Positions 1 through 11,194 of a stretch of DNA of 21,718 bases are shown one piece after another. Within the stretch, counting starts at the first letter, position 1; each line of letters starts with the position of its first letter. The DNA is from Octopus sinensis (Eukaryota). The translations under genes and the position numbers were made by a program. The stretch covers positions 1-21,718 of the forward strand of contig NW_021823631.1 of NCBI RefSeq assembly GCF_006345805.1. Reading direction: 5' to 3'. The notes below the pieces were generated by a model. It saw nothing but the letters and a program-made list of their open reading frames with translations. It made no database searches and was not told the origin of the DNA.

Positions 1-255
1 TGGAAGACCAGCAGTCGCACATGCATAGCAGCCTCTCCTCTCCATGCCACTGATGTTATCCAACGGAAAGGCAAAGGGGCCCAATACAGTTTGGCACCAG
101 TGTCGTCACAACTCAATTTCTACAGCTGAGCGAACTGGAGCAAGGTGAAATAAAGTGTCTTGCTCAAGAACACAACCCACAACCAGGACTGGGAATCGAA
201 CTCAGAACCACGCTTTTATAAGCCCGACACTCTAACCACTGATCCATGTGCCTTC
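1..255 (-). mobile_element. tRNA-derived SINE, family B (3' part runs off the window start)
   Basis: The minus strand begins GAAGGCACA-TGGATCAGTGG (A-box, 236-246) and has GAGTTCGATTCCC (B-box, 191-203). The core GTTGTGTTCTTGAGCAAGACACTTTATTTCACCTTGCTCCAG follows and is shared with 5420-5575. Confidence 0.8.
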
Positions 256-256
256 A

Positions 257-343
257 CTATACATATATATCGTGTGTGAGCGTGTGTGTGTGTGTGGGCG
301 CGCGTTCGAGTGTAAGCGTGAGTTGTGATTGTGTTTATATATT

Positions 344-379
<36 letters not shown>

Positions 380-485
380 CACATACACAATCACACACAC
401 TCGAACGCGCACCCACATATACACACACGATTGCGCGCGCGCATTCACACATACACACACACACACATACAAACACACACACACG
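257..485. repeat. Compound microsatellite (TA/TG/CT/CA)
   Basis: Dinucleotide tracts are directly visible. Confidence 0.95.
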
Positions 486-872
486 CATATAATTTTAATA
501 TTCCGTAGGGTTGTTGTTTTTTTTCTCAATTCGTATGTAGCCGTAGCTAAAGTGTCTCGCTCGTTGAGAAATCAATTCTTTATTGCGGAAACCACGAAAT
601 CGATCTCGGCAACAATAAAAAAATAAATATACAAATAATAAATAAATAAATAAATAAATAAATTAGAAACTACGCATACCATTCCAGAAAGTTCGCTGCT
701 TTACTTTTTGTATCATTTCCTCTTTGTTTTCACCTGCTCTAACCCTGCTGTCAGGTAAATGATGCTGTGTGACTAAGATAAGGAAATTCTAGCATTCCTT
801 CGTTCCGATTTAGAAACACTACCCATCAAAAACCGGCCGCTCCTCAACCTGTAGGGCCACATTTATATATTA

Positions 873-1101
873 TTTTACTTGTTTCAGTCATTTGACTTCG
901 GCCATGCTGGAGCATCGCTTTTTAGTCGAAGAAATCGACCCCCGGGACTTAGTGTTCGTAAGCCTGGTACTTATTCTATCGGTTCTCTTTTGCAGAACCG
1001 CTAAGATACCGGGGACGTAAACACACCAACCATACGTTGTCAAGCCATGATGGGGGGGGGACAAACCCAGACACCAAATACATACATACATACACACACA
1101 G

Positions 1102-1183
<82 letters not shown>

Positions 1184-1219
1184 TATATATATATTATATT
1201 TATATACATATATATATAT

Positions 1220-1260
<41 letters not shown>

Positions 1261-1281
1261 TATATACATATATATATATAC

Positions 1282-1316
<35 letters not shown>

Positions 1317-1396
1317 GAATTTATATATATATATATAGTAATATATAATATACATATATATATATATATATATAATACCATGTAAATAGTAAAAGA

Positions 1397-1442
<46 letters not shown>

Positions 1443-1596
1443 CGAACGGGCTTCTTTCAGTTTCCGTCTACCAAATCCACTCACAAGGCTTTGGTTGGCC
1501 TGAAGCTATAGTAGAAGACACTTGCCCAAGATTCCACACAGTGGGACTGAACCCGGAACCATGCGGTTGAGAAACAAGCTTCTTTCCACACAGCCA
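873..1596 (-). mobile_element. tRNA-derived SINE, family A, near full length, with a ~360-bp internal (TA)n tract
   Basis: Head, core and 3' part match the copies at 6501-6869, 10358-11062 and 17236-17649. The head is TGGCTGTGTGG...GGTTCAGTCCC on the minus strand, and the 3' part ends CAGTCAAATGACTGAAACAAGTAAAA-like. The TA tract lies at about 1080-1441. Confidence 0.9.
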
Positions 1597-2435
1597 GATC
1601 ATTTAGAGGGGACGGCCAAAGGACCAGATTTTTTAGGGTGACAAGTGTTTTTGTCGCACCTACTATTATAAATGGTTTCGTGGTTGGTCCAGGCCAAATG
1701 CTAGCGGCCATCTTTATTTATAAATACCATGAAAAATAATCGATACAACCATATAAGATATTTAGTAACGCAATGCTACAGAAATGATACGCGCGCGTGT
1801 GCGTGCGCAAGTGTGCGCGCGCGTAGGCATGTGTTTGTTTGTGCGCGTGCGCATGCGTGCGTGCGTGCGTGTGTGTGTAAGTGTGTTTCTGTTCTTAATG
1901 GTATTGCCAGACGCAGAAACGTTAACACGACAAAAGAACTGAATTAAAATGGTACTGGAACCACTTTTCTTTCATTTTTTTTGTTGTTGCTATTTTCTTG
2001 TTGTTGTTGCTATTGTTGTTGCTATCGTGGTCGTTGTCGTTCGCTGCAGATGTGACACATTAAACAGCTATTTGTTTCGTTGAGCTTTTTTCTAATGACG
2101 TTGGAGTGAGCGAGACAGGAGCGAAGAGGTGTGTGTGTGACGGTGGAAGAAGTGGTTTATGCGCGAGGTGTAGTGTGAGGAGGAAGTGAAAAGAAGAATA
2201 AAAAAAGGGGGGAAGCAGAAGAGGAAATTGAATATCGGTGAAGAGAAGAACAAGACGAACAAGAAGAGAAAGAGTAGGGAAATGAGAAATAAATCACGAT
2301 ACAATATTTAAATGTTAATAATACATCTATCTCTGGCGTTCATATAGAATGCATATAAATAATTCATTTATGCATTATGTGCACATAAACGTGTGCGTGT
2401 GTGTGTGTAAACATTTATGGTATATGTATGAATTA

Positions 2436-2650
2436 ATATATATACATACATATACATATATATATATTATATATATAATATATATACACATATATACATA
2501 TATACATATACATATATATATATAATATTATTATATGCATACATTATATATATATATATATTTGGTATTATATATAATATATATATGTATATATATACAT
2601 ATATACATATATACATATATAATTTGCACTTGCATATTTGCATATACACT
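2436..2650. repeat. Degenerate (TA)n/(TACA)n tract
   Basis: Directly visible. Confidence 0.9.
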
Positions 2651-3071
2651 AAGCGACACGAAGTTTCTCATTACCAAGATAAAAACGAAATGTTAACTCC
2701 GAAAGTGTATATAAAAGTGTTAGCTATCTAATTATCCATATATATATATATATCATACTATATTAGGTTATATTATATTATATATACATACATGCACGCA
2801 AGCATTCACATTAGATGTAGTTAATAGAAGTATGAAGAAGAAAAATGTATAATTTCATAGAATGACAATAGCAAAGATATTACTTATATGAGAATAAAAT
2901 ATGTAGTTCTGTGAGAATAAATAAGAAGAACTCAGAATATACGGTGATATTAAATGAAAATATTTGCCGAACGTTGGAACCAAGACAATATTATGTTGTC
3001 TCAAAAACTATTACGAGGTTCAACCAACATCATATATCATTCGTACATCAGTAGGTGCCGGCGTGGCTCTA

Positions 3072-3183
3072 GGCGTAAGCGTGGCCGCGTGGTAAGATGT
3101 TTGATTCCCAACTATATGGTTCGCGGTTCATTCCCACTGCGTGACACCTTGGGAAAGTGTCTTCTACTATACTCCCGGGACGA
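3072..3183 (+). mobile_element. Family A SINE, 5' fragment
   Basis: GTGGCCGCGTGGTAAG...GGTTCATTCCCACTGCGTGACACCTTGGGAAAGTGTCTTCTACTATA matches the A head. It breaks off directly against a minus-strand family D head. Confidence 0.8.
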
Positions 3184-3338
3184 CTCAGAACGTAAAGGCA
3201 GACGAAATGCAGCTGACGATTCTGCCAGCTCACCGCCTTTATAATGATCTTTTCTTCTCAAGGCACAAGGCCCGAATTTTTTGGGGAGGAGGCCAGTCGA
3301 TTATATCGACATTTTGCCCGGCGTGCCAGCTCGCCGCT

Positions 3339-3391
<53 letters not shown>

Positions 3392-4018
3392 CCTTTCTAC
3401 TCGAAGTACAAGGCCACAAATTTGAGGAAAGGGATTAAGTCGATTATATCGACCCCAGTGAGTAACTGGTACTTATTTTATCGATCCGGAAAGGATAAAA
3501 GGCAAAGTCGACTTCGGCGGAATTTTAACTCAGAACGTAAAGACAGGCGAAATACCTATTTCTTTATTACCCACAAGGGGCTAAACACAGAGGGGACAAA
3601 CAAGGACAGACATAGGTATTAAGTCGATTACATCGACCCCAGTGCGTAACTGGTACTTAATTTATCGACCCCGAAAGGATAAAAGGCAAAGTCGACCTCG
3701 GCGGAATTTGAACTCAGAACGTTAAAGACAGTCGAAATACTGCTAAACATTTCGCCCGGCGTGCTAACGTTTCTACCAGCTCGCCGCCTTAATAATAATA
3801 ATAACAACAATCCCTTCTACTCGAAGCACAAGGCCTCAAATTTAAGGGAAGGGATTAAGTCGATTACATCGACCCAGTGCATAACTGGTACTTATTTAAT
3901 CGACCCAGAAAGGATAAAAGGCAAAGTCGACCTCAGCGGAATTTGAACTCAGAACGTAGCGACGTAGCTTAGTGGAATTTCGCCTGGTGTGCGAACGTGT
4001 CTGCCAGTTCGCCGCTTT
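3183..4018 (-). mobile_element. Cluster of four head-to-tail family D SINE copies (3183-3239 fragment, 3245-3340 internally deleted, 3389-3790 dimer, 3809-4018 monomer), spaced by AAT-type runs
   Basis: Each copy ends on the + strand in CCAG(C/T)TC(G/A)CCGC(C/T)TT, the reverse complement of the head AAGGCGGCGAGCTGG. The two long copies carry the B-box GAGTTCAAATTCC and the core GTCGACTTTGCCTTT(T/C)ATCCTTTC...GATAAATTAAGTACCAG. Confidence 0.9.
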
Positions 4019-4461
4019 TGTAATACATATATAATAGAATAAGACACCCAACAGACTGAGATAGTCAATAAAATGGATATAAAATTTTAAAATTTATTCT
4101 TTTCTGTGTGGTTCTGCACGAACCGATCCACAGCCTGCTACTGTTCCGTTGTTTCGGAAACTGAGGTCCCATGGTCTAATGTGTCCTTTATTCTGTGGGA
4201 GTGGTTTGACAGCTATTACAAGCAGATTGAGCAACCGGGTCGAAAGGGATTCTTTTAATAGCTCCAGTCTTCGCTGATCTTTTTGTTTTGTTTTTAATTG
4301 CCCTTGAAGCTTGTAGAATAAATTTTAAAAAAAGAAACAGAGTTCATTTCGACAAAAGAAAGCTCTATCAGCGAGAATTATCGATAATCTAAACGAATCG
4401 ATAATAAAAATAGCTAGACATGTTTAAACGAATTCTAATGTATGCGATTAAATGCACCCCC

Positions 4462-4500
<39 letters not shown>

Positions 4501-4888
4501 CAACTCCACTACCGCCTCCACCGCATTTAGAGGAGGGGGTGGTTAATCTTTTTTTCTCCTTTGCAACAAAACACGCGATTAAATAGCAACGAGTTGTTTC
4601 ATTGGTCGGCTACAAGTGAAGGAGGGAGCCTCTTAGCGGTAGTTCGACTTACTAAAAATAGCAACCAAATTACTCTTTAATTACAGCCTGTCGTCTTAAA
4701 ATAGGAAGAAGCAAGTGGATCATGAACTATTTGCTCTATATTACTGGAGGGCGGGGATGGCCATAACTGGAACGCAGTTTGATCAGAGGTCTGTTCGATT
4801 AGGGGTTGATTTCGGACACAACAACAAAAGCAACATAAAAGTGTTGTCTCGTCTAAAACGAACGTAACTATAGAGGTGTGTATCTGTG

Positions 4889-4950
4889 AATGCGCGCGCG
4901 TGTGTGTGTGTGTGTGTGTGTGTGTGTATTTGTATGTGTGTGTGTGTGTG
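4889..4950. repeat. (TG)n microsatellite
   Basis: Directly visible. A (CA)n tract is also present at about 4470-4500. Confidence 0.9.
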
Positions 4951-5064
4951 GGTATATGTATGTGCACGCGCGCACGGACGGGAGAGAGGGAGAGAGGAGT
5001 AAATGCATATTTATCGCCGATCTCTGTCAGGATACACTGTGCTAACATCCATTTCTCTTGTGTG

Positions 5065-5419
5065 TTTTATTTGTTTCAATGCGGCCATGCTGGGGCACCA
5101 CCTTGAAGAGTTTCAGTAGAACAAATTGAACCTCGTAGTTATCATTATTACTAAGTCTGATACTCATTCCATCGCCATGTTTCTGCCGAACCGCTACGTT
5201 ACGCTGTCGTAAACAAACCAATACCGGCTGTCAAGCGATGGTAGGTAGACAGACTCACTGACACACACACACACACACACACACATATGTATACAGCGGG
5301 TTTCTTTCAGTTTCTATCTACCAAATCCATTCGCAAGGCTTTGGTCGGTCCACGGCTATACTAGAAGACGCTTGCCCGAGGTGCCACGCAATGGGACTGA
5401 ACCCGGAACCATATGGTTG
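5065..5419 (-). mobile_element. Family A SINE, diverged, 5' end replaced by a family B head
   Basis: GCGGCCATGCTGG...CCGAACCGCTA...(CA)n...TTTCTTTCAGTTTC...GGGACTGAACCCGGAACCATATGGTTG matches the other A copies. The A-box is absent. Confidence 0.85.
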
Positions 5420-5575
5420 ACCAAGGCTGGCCCTTTCTGAATTAGGTAGAACTCATTTTTGCTAGCTAAGTGGACTGGAGCAGCGTGAAATAAAGGACAC
5501 AACGCGCCGTCGGGAATCGAACTTATGACTTTACGATCGTAAGCCAAATGCCCTAACCACTAAGCTACGCGCCTT
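5420..5575 (-). mobile_element. Family B SINE, 5' portion
   Basis: Minus strand AAGGCGCGTAGCTTAGTGGTTAGGGC...AAGTTCGATTCCC...GTTGTGTCCTTTATTTCACGCTGCTCCAG is similar to 1-255. Confidence 0.8.
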
Positions 5576-5660
5576 TACTGAAAGGGTAAACTGTTAAAAC
5601 AGAGAAACTTGGGTTGAATTATTGGGAGGTCCATTGTAGGAAGACATGTTTTATTTGCCA

Positions 5661-6010
5661 AAGAACGTAGGAAGAAAGGGAGGGGGGAAGAGAGATAAAG
5701 AGAAACGGAGAGAGTGGAAAGCAGGAGAGGGGTGGGGGAGGGTGATGGGGAGCGGGAGATGAGGGAGAGGAGGAGGATGGAGATGGTGGGGGGAAGAGAG
5801 GGGAGGTGGGGAGAAGGGGAGGGGAGGGAAGGGGAGGGAGGGGGAGGGGAGAGGAGAAAAGAGAACAGAGAGAGACAGAGAGATAGAGAGATGAGAAAGA
5901 CAGGGGAGGGGGAGAGACAGAGAGAGATGAGAGAGACAGACAGACAGACAGAGATGAGAGAGACAGACAGAGAACGATGAGAGAGAGAAAGATGAGAGAG
6001 AGAGGGGGGA
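5661..6010 (+). repeat. Polypurine low-complexity tract (GGA/GA/GACA) with G-quadruplex-type runs
   Basis: About 350 bp, mostly A/G on the + strand. Clusters of G3+ runs lie at 5729-5756 and 5816-5849. Confidence 0.85.
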
Positions 6011-6500
6011 GTCTAAAGTTCGGTTAACTCCCAAATGGTAAATCAGTTGGGTTAATCAGTAATTGTTGGATAAAACTGACTACGAACTCGTTACTAATTA
6101 AGAGATACAAATAATTAGGAACTGGTTACTAATTAAAGATATAATTAATTAAGTCAGAAAAAGATAGCCAGCGGCCATGACACTTTTCACAGCCTGTTGT
6201 GAGAGAAAGGGGAGGGGTTCTTCTCAAGCCGGAACCCCGGCCCGATTGCTTACAACGCATTGGTCCCTACTATAAGCGTTCAATGACCAGTTGCCGGTAT
6301 TGAACCACGTGACAAACTAATTCTGTACGACACCCCCAAAAATAGGAACGGGTCCGTTAGTTTCTGTCGAACGAACAGAGAAATTCCCGGTTAGAAATTT
6401 ACTTAATAAGGTTTTTGATGGGACCAAGAAGATTTTGTAAAAGCCTCTTGTTCACAAAGTCGTGTAGTTGCGAAGAACAGTTCTTCACCTTAACACCTTC

Positions 6501-6869
6501 TTTACTCCTTACTCTTTTACTTGTTTCAGTCATTTGACTGCGGCCATGCTGGAGTACCGCCTTTAGTCGAGCAAATCGACCCCAGGACTTATTCTATCGG
6601 TTTCTTTTGCCGAACCACTAAGTTACGGTGACGCAAACACACCAGTATCGGTTTTCAAGTGATGTTGGGGGGACAAACACAGATACACAAACACACACAC
6701 ACAGACACACATATATATGCATATATACGACGGGCTTCTTTCAGTTTCCGTCTACCAAATCCACTCACAAGGCTTTGGTCGGCCCGAGGTTATAGCAGAA
6801 GACACTTGCTCAAGGTGCCACGCAGTGGGATTGAACCAAGAACAATGTGGTTGGTAAGCAAGTTACTTC
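6501..6869 (-). mobile_element. Family A SINE lacking the first ~20 nt, with a 22-bp internal deletion
   Basis: Colinear with 17236-17649. It ends in a degenerate (GTAAAAGA)n tail, seen on + as TTTACTCCTTACTCTTTTAC. Confidence 0.9.
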
Positions 6870-7206
6870 CTGAGGGAAATCGAAGTACGAATGAATGGAG
6901 GTAAATAATTAAATCAACAGAATACGTTTTATTCGAGGGTCAAATAAAATATTGGAATATTGATCTGTATAAAAATTTGACCCGTTTTTTTTTACTTCCT
7001 CTTAAATGAAAACTTATAATGTCGCTTAGTATGTGTGTATATGCATGTGTGTATGTGTGTGTGTGCGTGTATGTGCGTGTACGTATGTGCATGTGTGTGA
7101 GTTTGTGCATGTGTATATTGTTGCATCTCGTGTGGGTCATTTTGCCAATCATAAACACACGCACTGGAGATATTTTAGAGTTATTATTATTATCATCATT
7201 ATTATT

Positions 7207-7421
7207 AAGGCGGCGAGCTGGCAGAATCATTAACGCGCCAGACGAAATTCATAGTGGTATTTCGCCCGTTACTACGTTCTGTGTTCAAATTCCGCCGAGG
7301 TCGACTTTAACTTTCATCCTTTTCGGGGTCGATAAAATAAGTAACAGTTGATCGCTGGGGTCGATGTAATCGACTCATCCACTCTCTCCAAATTGCTGCC
7401 CTTGCGACAACATTTGAAACC

Positions 7422-7422
<1 letters not shown>
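7207..7422 (+). mobile_element. Family D SINE monomer, flanked on both sides by (TTA)n
   Basis: AAGGCGGCGAGCTGGCAGAA...GTGTTCAAATTCCGCCGAGGTCGACTTT...GGGGTCGATAAAATAAGT. Confidence 0.9.
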
Positions 7423-7501
<79 letters not shown>

Positions 7502-7522
7502 CATTATTACAATCATTATTAT
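7423..7522. repeat. (TTA)n microsatellite
   Basis: Directly visible. Confidence 0.95.
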
Positions 7523-8071
7523 AGTGAGAGAGCAGTGTATGTCATCAAAGTGACATGGGTGAAATATACGAAGCCCAGTATACCCATCATGACTACCCGT
7601 CTGATAAGGGTACACCAGGCACATGCATCACAACCATGTGTGCGCGACATGGTGATCTCATATCAAGACAAACAGCACATGACCTTGCAGGTGGGATCCA
7701 GTTAGAATTTTCTTCTGGTCGAGTAACCCATCCCGCTCAAAAGGTCCCTGAATAAGAGTTGCTTAAGGATATTGAATGAAACGCCCATGCTTCTAGAGGT
7801 GAATTATTCAAACCCCAAAGAATCCCTCTCAACACATGGCTATGATGGTCCCCCACTACTTCTGCTCGAGATCAGAGATGCACATATCATCAGTCACTAA
7901 GGGACATGGTCAACTGGTTATGGTCAAACAACTAACAAGCAAATCTGTGGTATTGAGCAGAATATTTGCTGTAGCCCATCTTTTATACCAAGACAAAACA
8001 ATGTACATGATAACACTTCCAATCAGTTAAGATCAGAAGCCATGAGAGCCACTGCCTAGTACTGTATCAGG

Positions 8072-8072
<1 letters not shown>
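7523..8072. mobile_element. Unclassified ~550-bp non-coding element embedded in (TTA)n
   Basis: Complex sequence with sharp borders against (TTA)n on both sides, and no tRNA head, TIR or meaningful ORF. I recall similar sequence as high-copy in Octopus, unverified. It is single-copy in this window. Confidence 0.45.
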
Positions 8073-8118
<46 letters not shown>

Positions 8119-8223
8119 TATTATTATTATCATCATCATCATCATCATCATCTTTATTATTACTATTAATATCATTTTGTTGTTTTTTGCTATTAATATT
8201 ATTGTATATATTATTATTGTTAT

Positions 8224-8256
<33 letters not shown>

Positions 8257-8262
8257 TATTAC

Positions 8263-8307
<45 letters not shown>

Positions 8308-8318
8308 TACTACTACTA

Positions 8319-8375
<57 letters not shown>
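8073..8375. repeat. Compound (TTA)n/(ATC)n/(CTA)n tract, ~300 bp
   Basis: Directly visible. Confidence 0.95.
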
Positions 8376-8377
<2 letters not shown>

Positions 8378-8526
8378 CAATTCCTTAACAATTAACCAAT
8401 TAAACAATCGATTATTTGATTAATCTTTCTGTCAACCAACCAATTAGGTTTTGCATAGTCCTTTCGTCGCCATTCGCGACCCCATGCCCTTTCTAGCCCA
8501 GATCTATTCCAAGTCTTAAGCAAACC

Positions 8527-8908
8527 TGGCTTTTATACGATGCTAACGAATGAAAAGCGCAACTGAATTTCAAGAAAATACTTGTATTCTACAGTAATAA
8601 AGTAACGGCTTGATTTTATTGTATGGTCTGATAGAAGAAAAAAGTTTTCATTGTGGGATTGTGGTTACTTTAGGAAAATACTGCAGACTGGGTGCATTAA
8701 AGGGAAGGCCTTAAAATGGGAAAGACTTGGGGAATCGTATGGAGCACGCTATGTGGTGCTTTCGATAGAGGTGGGATGGCGTGGGTTTGTGACGAGATCT
8801 GCTGCGTCTTTTGTGGCTGGCATCGGACTTAAGAAGGATAGCAATGGAGTGATTCATGAGCTGGGGAGGGTTGCGGAAATTACTCTTTCGTGGATATGGC
8901 AGACATAG
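8527..8908 (+). pseudogene. Degraded C-terminal restriction-like endonuclease (PD-D/ExK) domain of an R2-superfamily (NeSL/HERO-type) non-LTR retrotransposon
   Basis: Across frameshifts: DANE*KAQLNFKKILVF / RLDFIVWSDRRK / KVFIVGLWLL*ENTAD / KALKWERL...VVLSIEVGWRGFVTRSAASFVAGIG...LGRVAEITLSWIW. This follows the RPD..W...ELTVPWEEN...K..KY...VEVG.RGF...W.W pattern of REL domains, with several stops. Confidence 0.7.
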
Positions 8909-9134
8909 GTGAACGAAGTAATAAATCTGAGAGTAAAGAACAAATCTTCTGTGATAAGTAAATCAACATAATTGCTGGGTGGTGGAGTGTTTATAGGCGT
9001 ACCCGACTTGGTATAGTGGCTGCATGGATGACGAGAGGAAAACAGCATGTGACAGTTTGTGCTAAGAGAAACCGGGTATTTCCTGAAAGCATCAATGTCT
9101 CTTTGGTACCAACGGAAAGAACGATAGCGGTTTT

Positions 9135-9213
9135 ATCGGCAGATGACGAAACCGATGTGATCACTAGTCGACAGCTGATGAAGAGCATGTCCCGCATATT
9201 GTTTCCTATCAAT
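9135..9213 (+). repeat. 79-bp segment, copy 1 (inverted partner at 11195-11273)
   Basis: 75 of 79 positions are identical by eye to the reverse complement of 11195-11273. Confidence 0.9.
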
Positions 9214-10572
9214 GAGTAGAGCATGTACACAATTGGCTTGCTGCCGCTGCGTGAAACCAGGATGTGGATTTAATGCCATAATCACTTCTACATACACGTA
9301 AAGTACTCTATAAAATTGCATTGAGTACTTTAATAAACATGCCCATAAACCTCAGCACACATACACACGCACGCACACACACACACACACGTACACACAT
9401 TATCTCTATGTGTGTGTGTACATGAATGCTATGTTTAATATCTTTCATGTTTTCCCAATATTTAGTTTTAACGACTATTGACACAATCAATAATACAACG
9501 AAAACTACACGGCTTACAAAATAATACAAATACAAGGAAAAATTGGTTCGAAAATTAATTCGAATTAATTTGACAAATTCTTATAACAGAGTAGGCGTAT
9601 TTACAAACTGATAAAACAAAATTTCAAGCAGAATTTATGCCTTGATAAACCATTTCATTTCACAGGGAATCTGCCAGGCTACGATACTTAATTTTCTCTT
9701 ACAGTATCCGTGCTGACTTCACTAATCACCCATGCAGAAAGCAATTGGAAATATAGCAAATGAAAGGAATGAGATTCTATAGCAAATACTCGAGTTTTCT
9801 GAGACACAAGGGAATCGGAGTAAATTTATCAGCTTAAAATTAAGAGCGCACAGCGAAGGTGCAGAAATTAGATTACGACAGAGGAATAAGTGTATACGCA
9901 TTACGCCACACGTTACGAACGGTTTTCTCTCTTTCTATTCATACTGGATGAAATGTTACGAGATGACAGCGTAGCCTCGATGATATGGTACGCCAGAAAC
10001 TGAACTGAAGCAGCGACGAGGCAAGACATAAACGACAGAAATATTAATTGAACTCAAACAGAGCATGCCTAAAGAGAAAACATGCAGCGAAGGCAACAAG
10101 TATAAAACAGAAAAAATGAAGGCCGAACGCACACATAAGACATAAAAGATGTGTTACGTGTTTACTGGTGCGTGACCGAATTATATAGTTGAGTGAATTG
10201 CGTAGAACACTGGTGAAATATAAAGACAAACAAGTAATAAACAGTGCGTAAAAATTATATAACCCCCTCTAGGAAACCTACATAGAAACAAGATACAATC
10301 GAGGGTATAGACGTAAACAAATGAGCAAATTGTAGGGATTAATGAGAACCCATTATAGGTGCGGGAATTGCTGTGTGGTAAGTAGCTTGCTTACCAACCA
10401 CATGGTTCCGGGTTCAGTCCCACTGCATGGCACTTTGGGCAAGTGTCTTCTACTATAGCCTCGAGCCGACCAAAGCCTTGTGAATGGATTTGGTAGACGG
10501 AAACTGAAAGAAGCCTGTCGTATATATGTATATCTATATATATATGTATATATATATATGTGTGTGTGTGTG

Positions 10573-10604
<32 letters not shown>

Positions 10605-10614
10605 AATGCGTGCG

Positions 10615-10806
10615 TATCGTTGGCGATTTTCTTTCTCCGTCTTCCCTTCATTGGAACTTTCCTTTTTCTATGTTTCTGACGAAGAGCTCCGCTCGAAATG
10701 TTAAATCCTCTTTCTTTCTTTCCTTTCTTGAGCGTCCATTAACACTATACTTATTCCACGTCCACGCGTTGTTGTGCTTTCTCTTTGTTCATGTTTGGAT
10801 TAACTA
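10615..10806 (+). mobile_element. Short pyrimidine-rich insert, probably a Penelope-like element terminal fragment carrying a hammerhead motif
   Basis: Absent from the other A copies and bounded by (TG)n-type sequence. It contains CTGACGA-A-GAGC-TCC-GCTC-GAAA. The Penelope-like assignment is inferred from the motif type. Confidence 0.55.
10672..10706 (+). ncRNA. Minimal type I hammerhead ribozyme motif (probably decayed)
   Basis: Stem I GUUU (10672-10675) with AAAU (10703-10706). Core CUGACGA 10676-10682, then an extra A. Stem II GAGC/GCUC with a UCC loop. GAAA 10695-10698, then UGUU, so stem III is AUGU rather than the palindrome ACGU. Confidence 0.6.
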
Positions 10807-10813
10807 TGTGTGT

Positions 10814-10862
<49 letters not shown>

Positions 10863-11194
10863 CGTGTGTTTGTGTGTAAATGTTTGTGTGTCTGTGTTTG
10901 TTCCCCCAACATCCCCATAACTTAGCGGTTGGGACAAAGAACCCGATAGAATAAGTACTAGGCTTACAAAGAATAAGTCCTGGGGTCGATTTGCTCGACT
11001 AAAGGCGGTGCTCCAGCATGGCCACAGTCAAATGACTGAAACAAGTAAAAGAGTAAAGAGAGTATTAAAGCAATAGCTGTTAGATCTTCACCGGAACTGG
11101 CTCCACCTACAATGAGTTATTCAACCTTTTCTCATTAACCACAATAATGTTTTGCAGCCATTTTGACTGAATGCTTAGTCTTACAAATAGATCA

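Larger units (their letters stand above)
10358..11062 (+). mobile_element. Family A SINE, full length, with a foreign ~190-bp insert in its internal microsatellite
   Basis: Head TTGCTGTGTGGTAAG...GGTTCAGTCCC, core, (TA)(TG)n, then a 3' part ending GAAACAAGTAAAAGAGTAAAGAGAG. Confidence 0.9.

Noticed and set aside
1600-1700. Nested short inverted repeats (GGACCA/TGGTCC, GACAA/TTGTC) suggesting a MITE or pre-miRNA
   Set aside because: Stems are only 4-6 bp with large bulges, there is no TSD, and chance explains them.
4630-4835. Possible (CAA)n-tailed SINE related to 16715-16752
   Set aside because: Similarity within the window is too weak, and the call would rest on memory alone.
7870-7900. 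CTGATGA on the minus strand inside the 550-bp element
   Set aside because: No stem II or GAAA follows it.
9141-9195. Type II hammerhead (GAAAC...CTGATGA)
   Set aside because: I could not form stem III with a valid NUH or a proper stem II. It is kept only as a structured repeat.
9500-10350. Possible host exon or coding remnant in non-repetitive sequence
   Set aside because: The frames I tried have frequent stops and no recognisable motif. A small exon cannot be excluded without RNA-seq.
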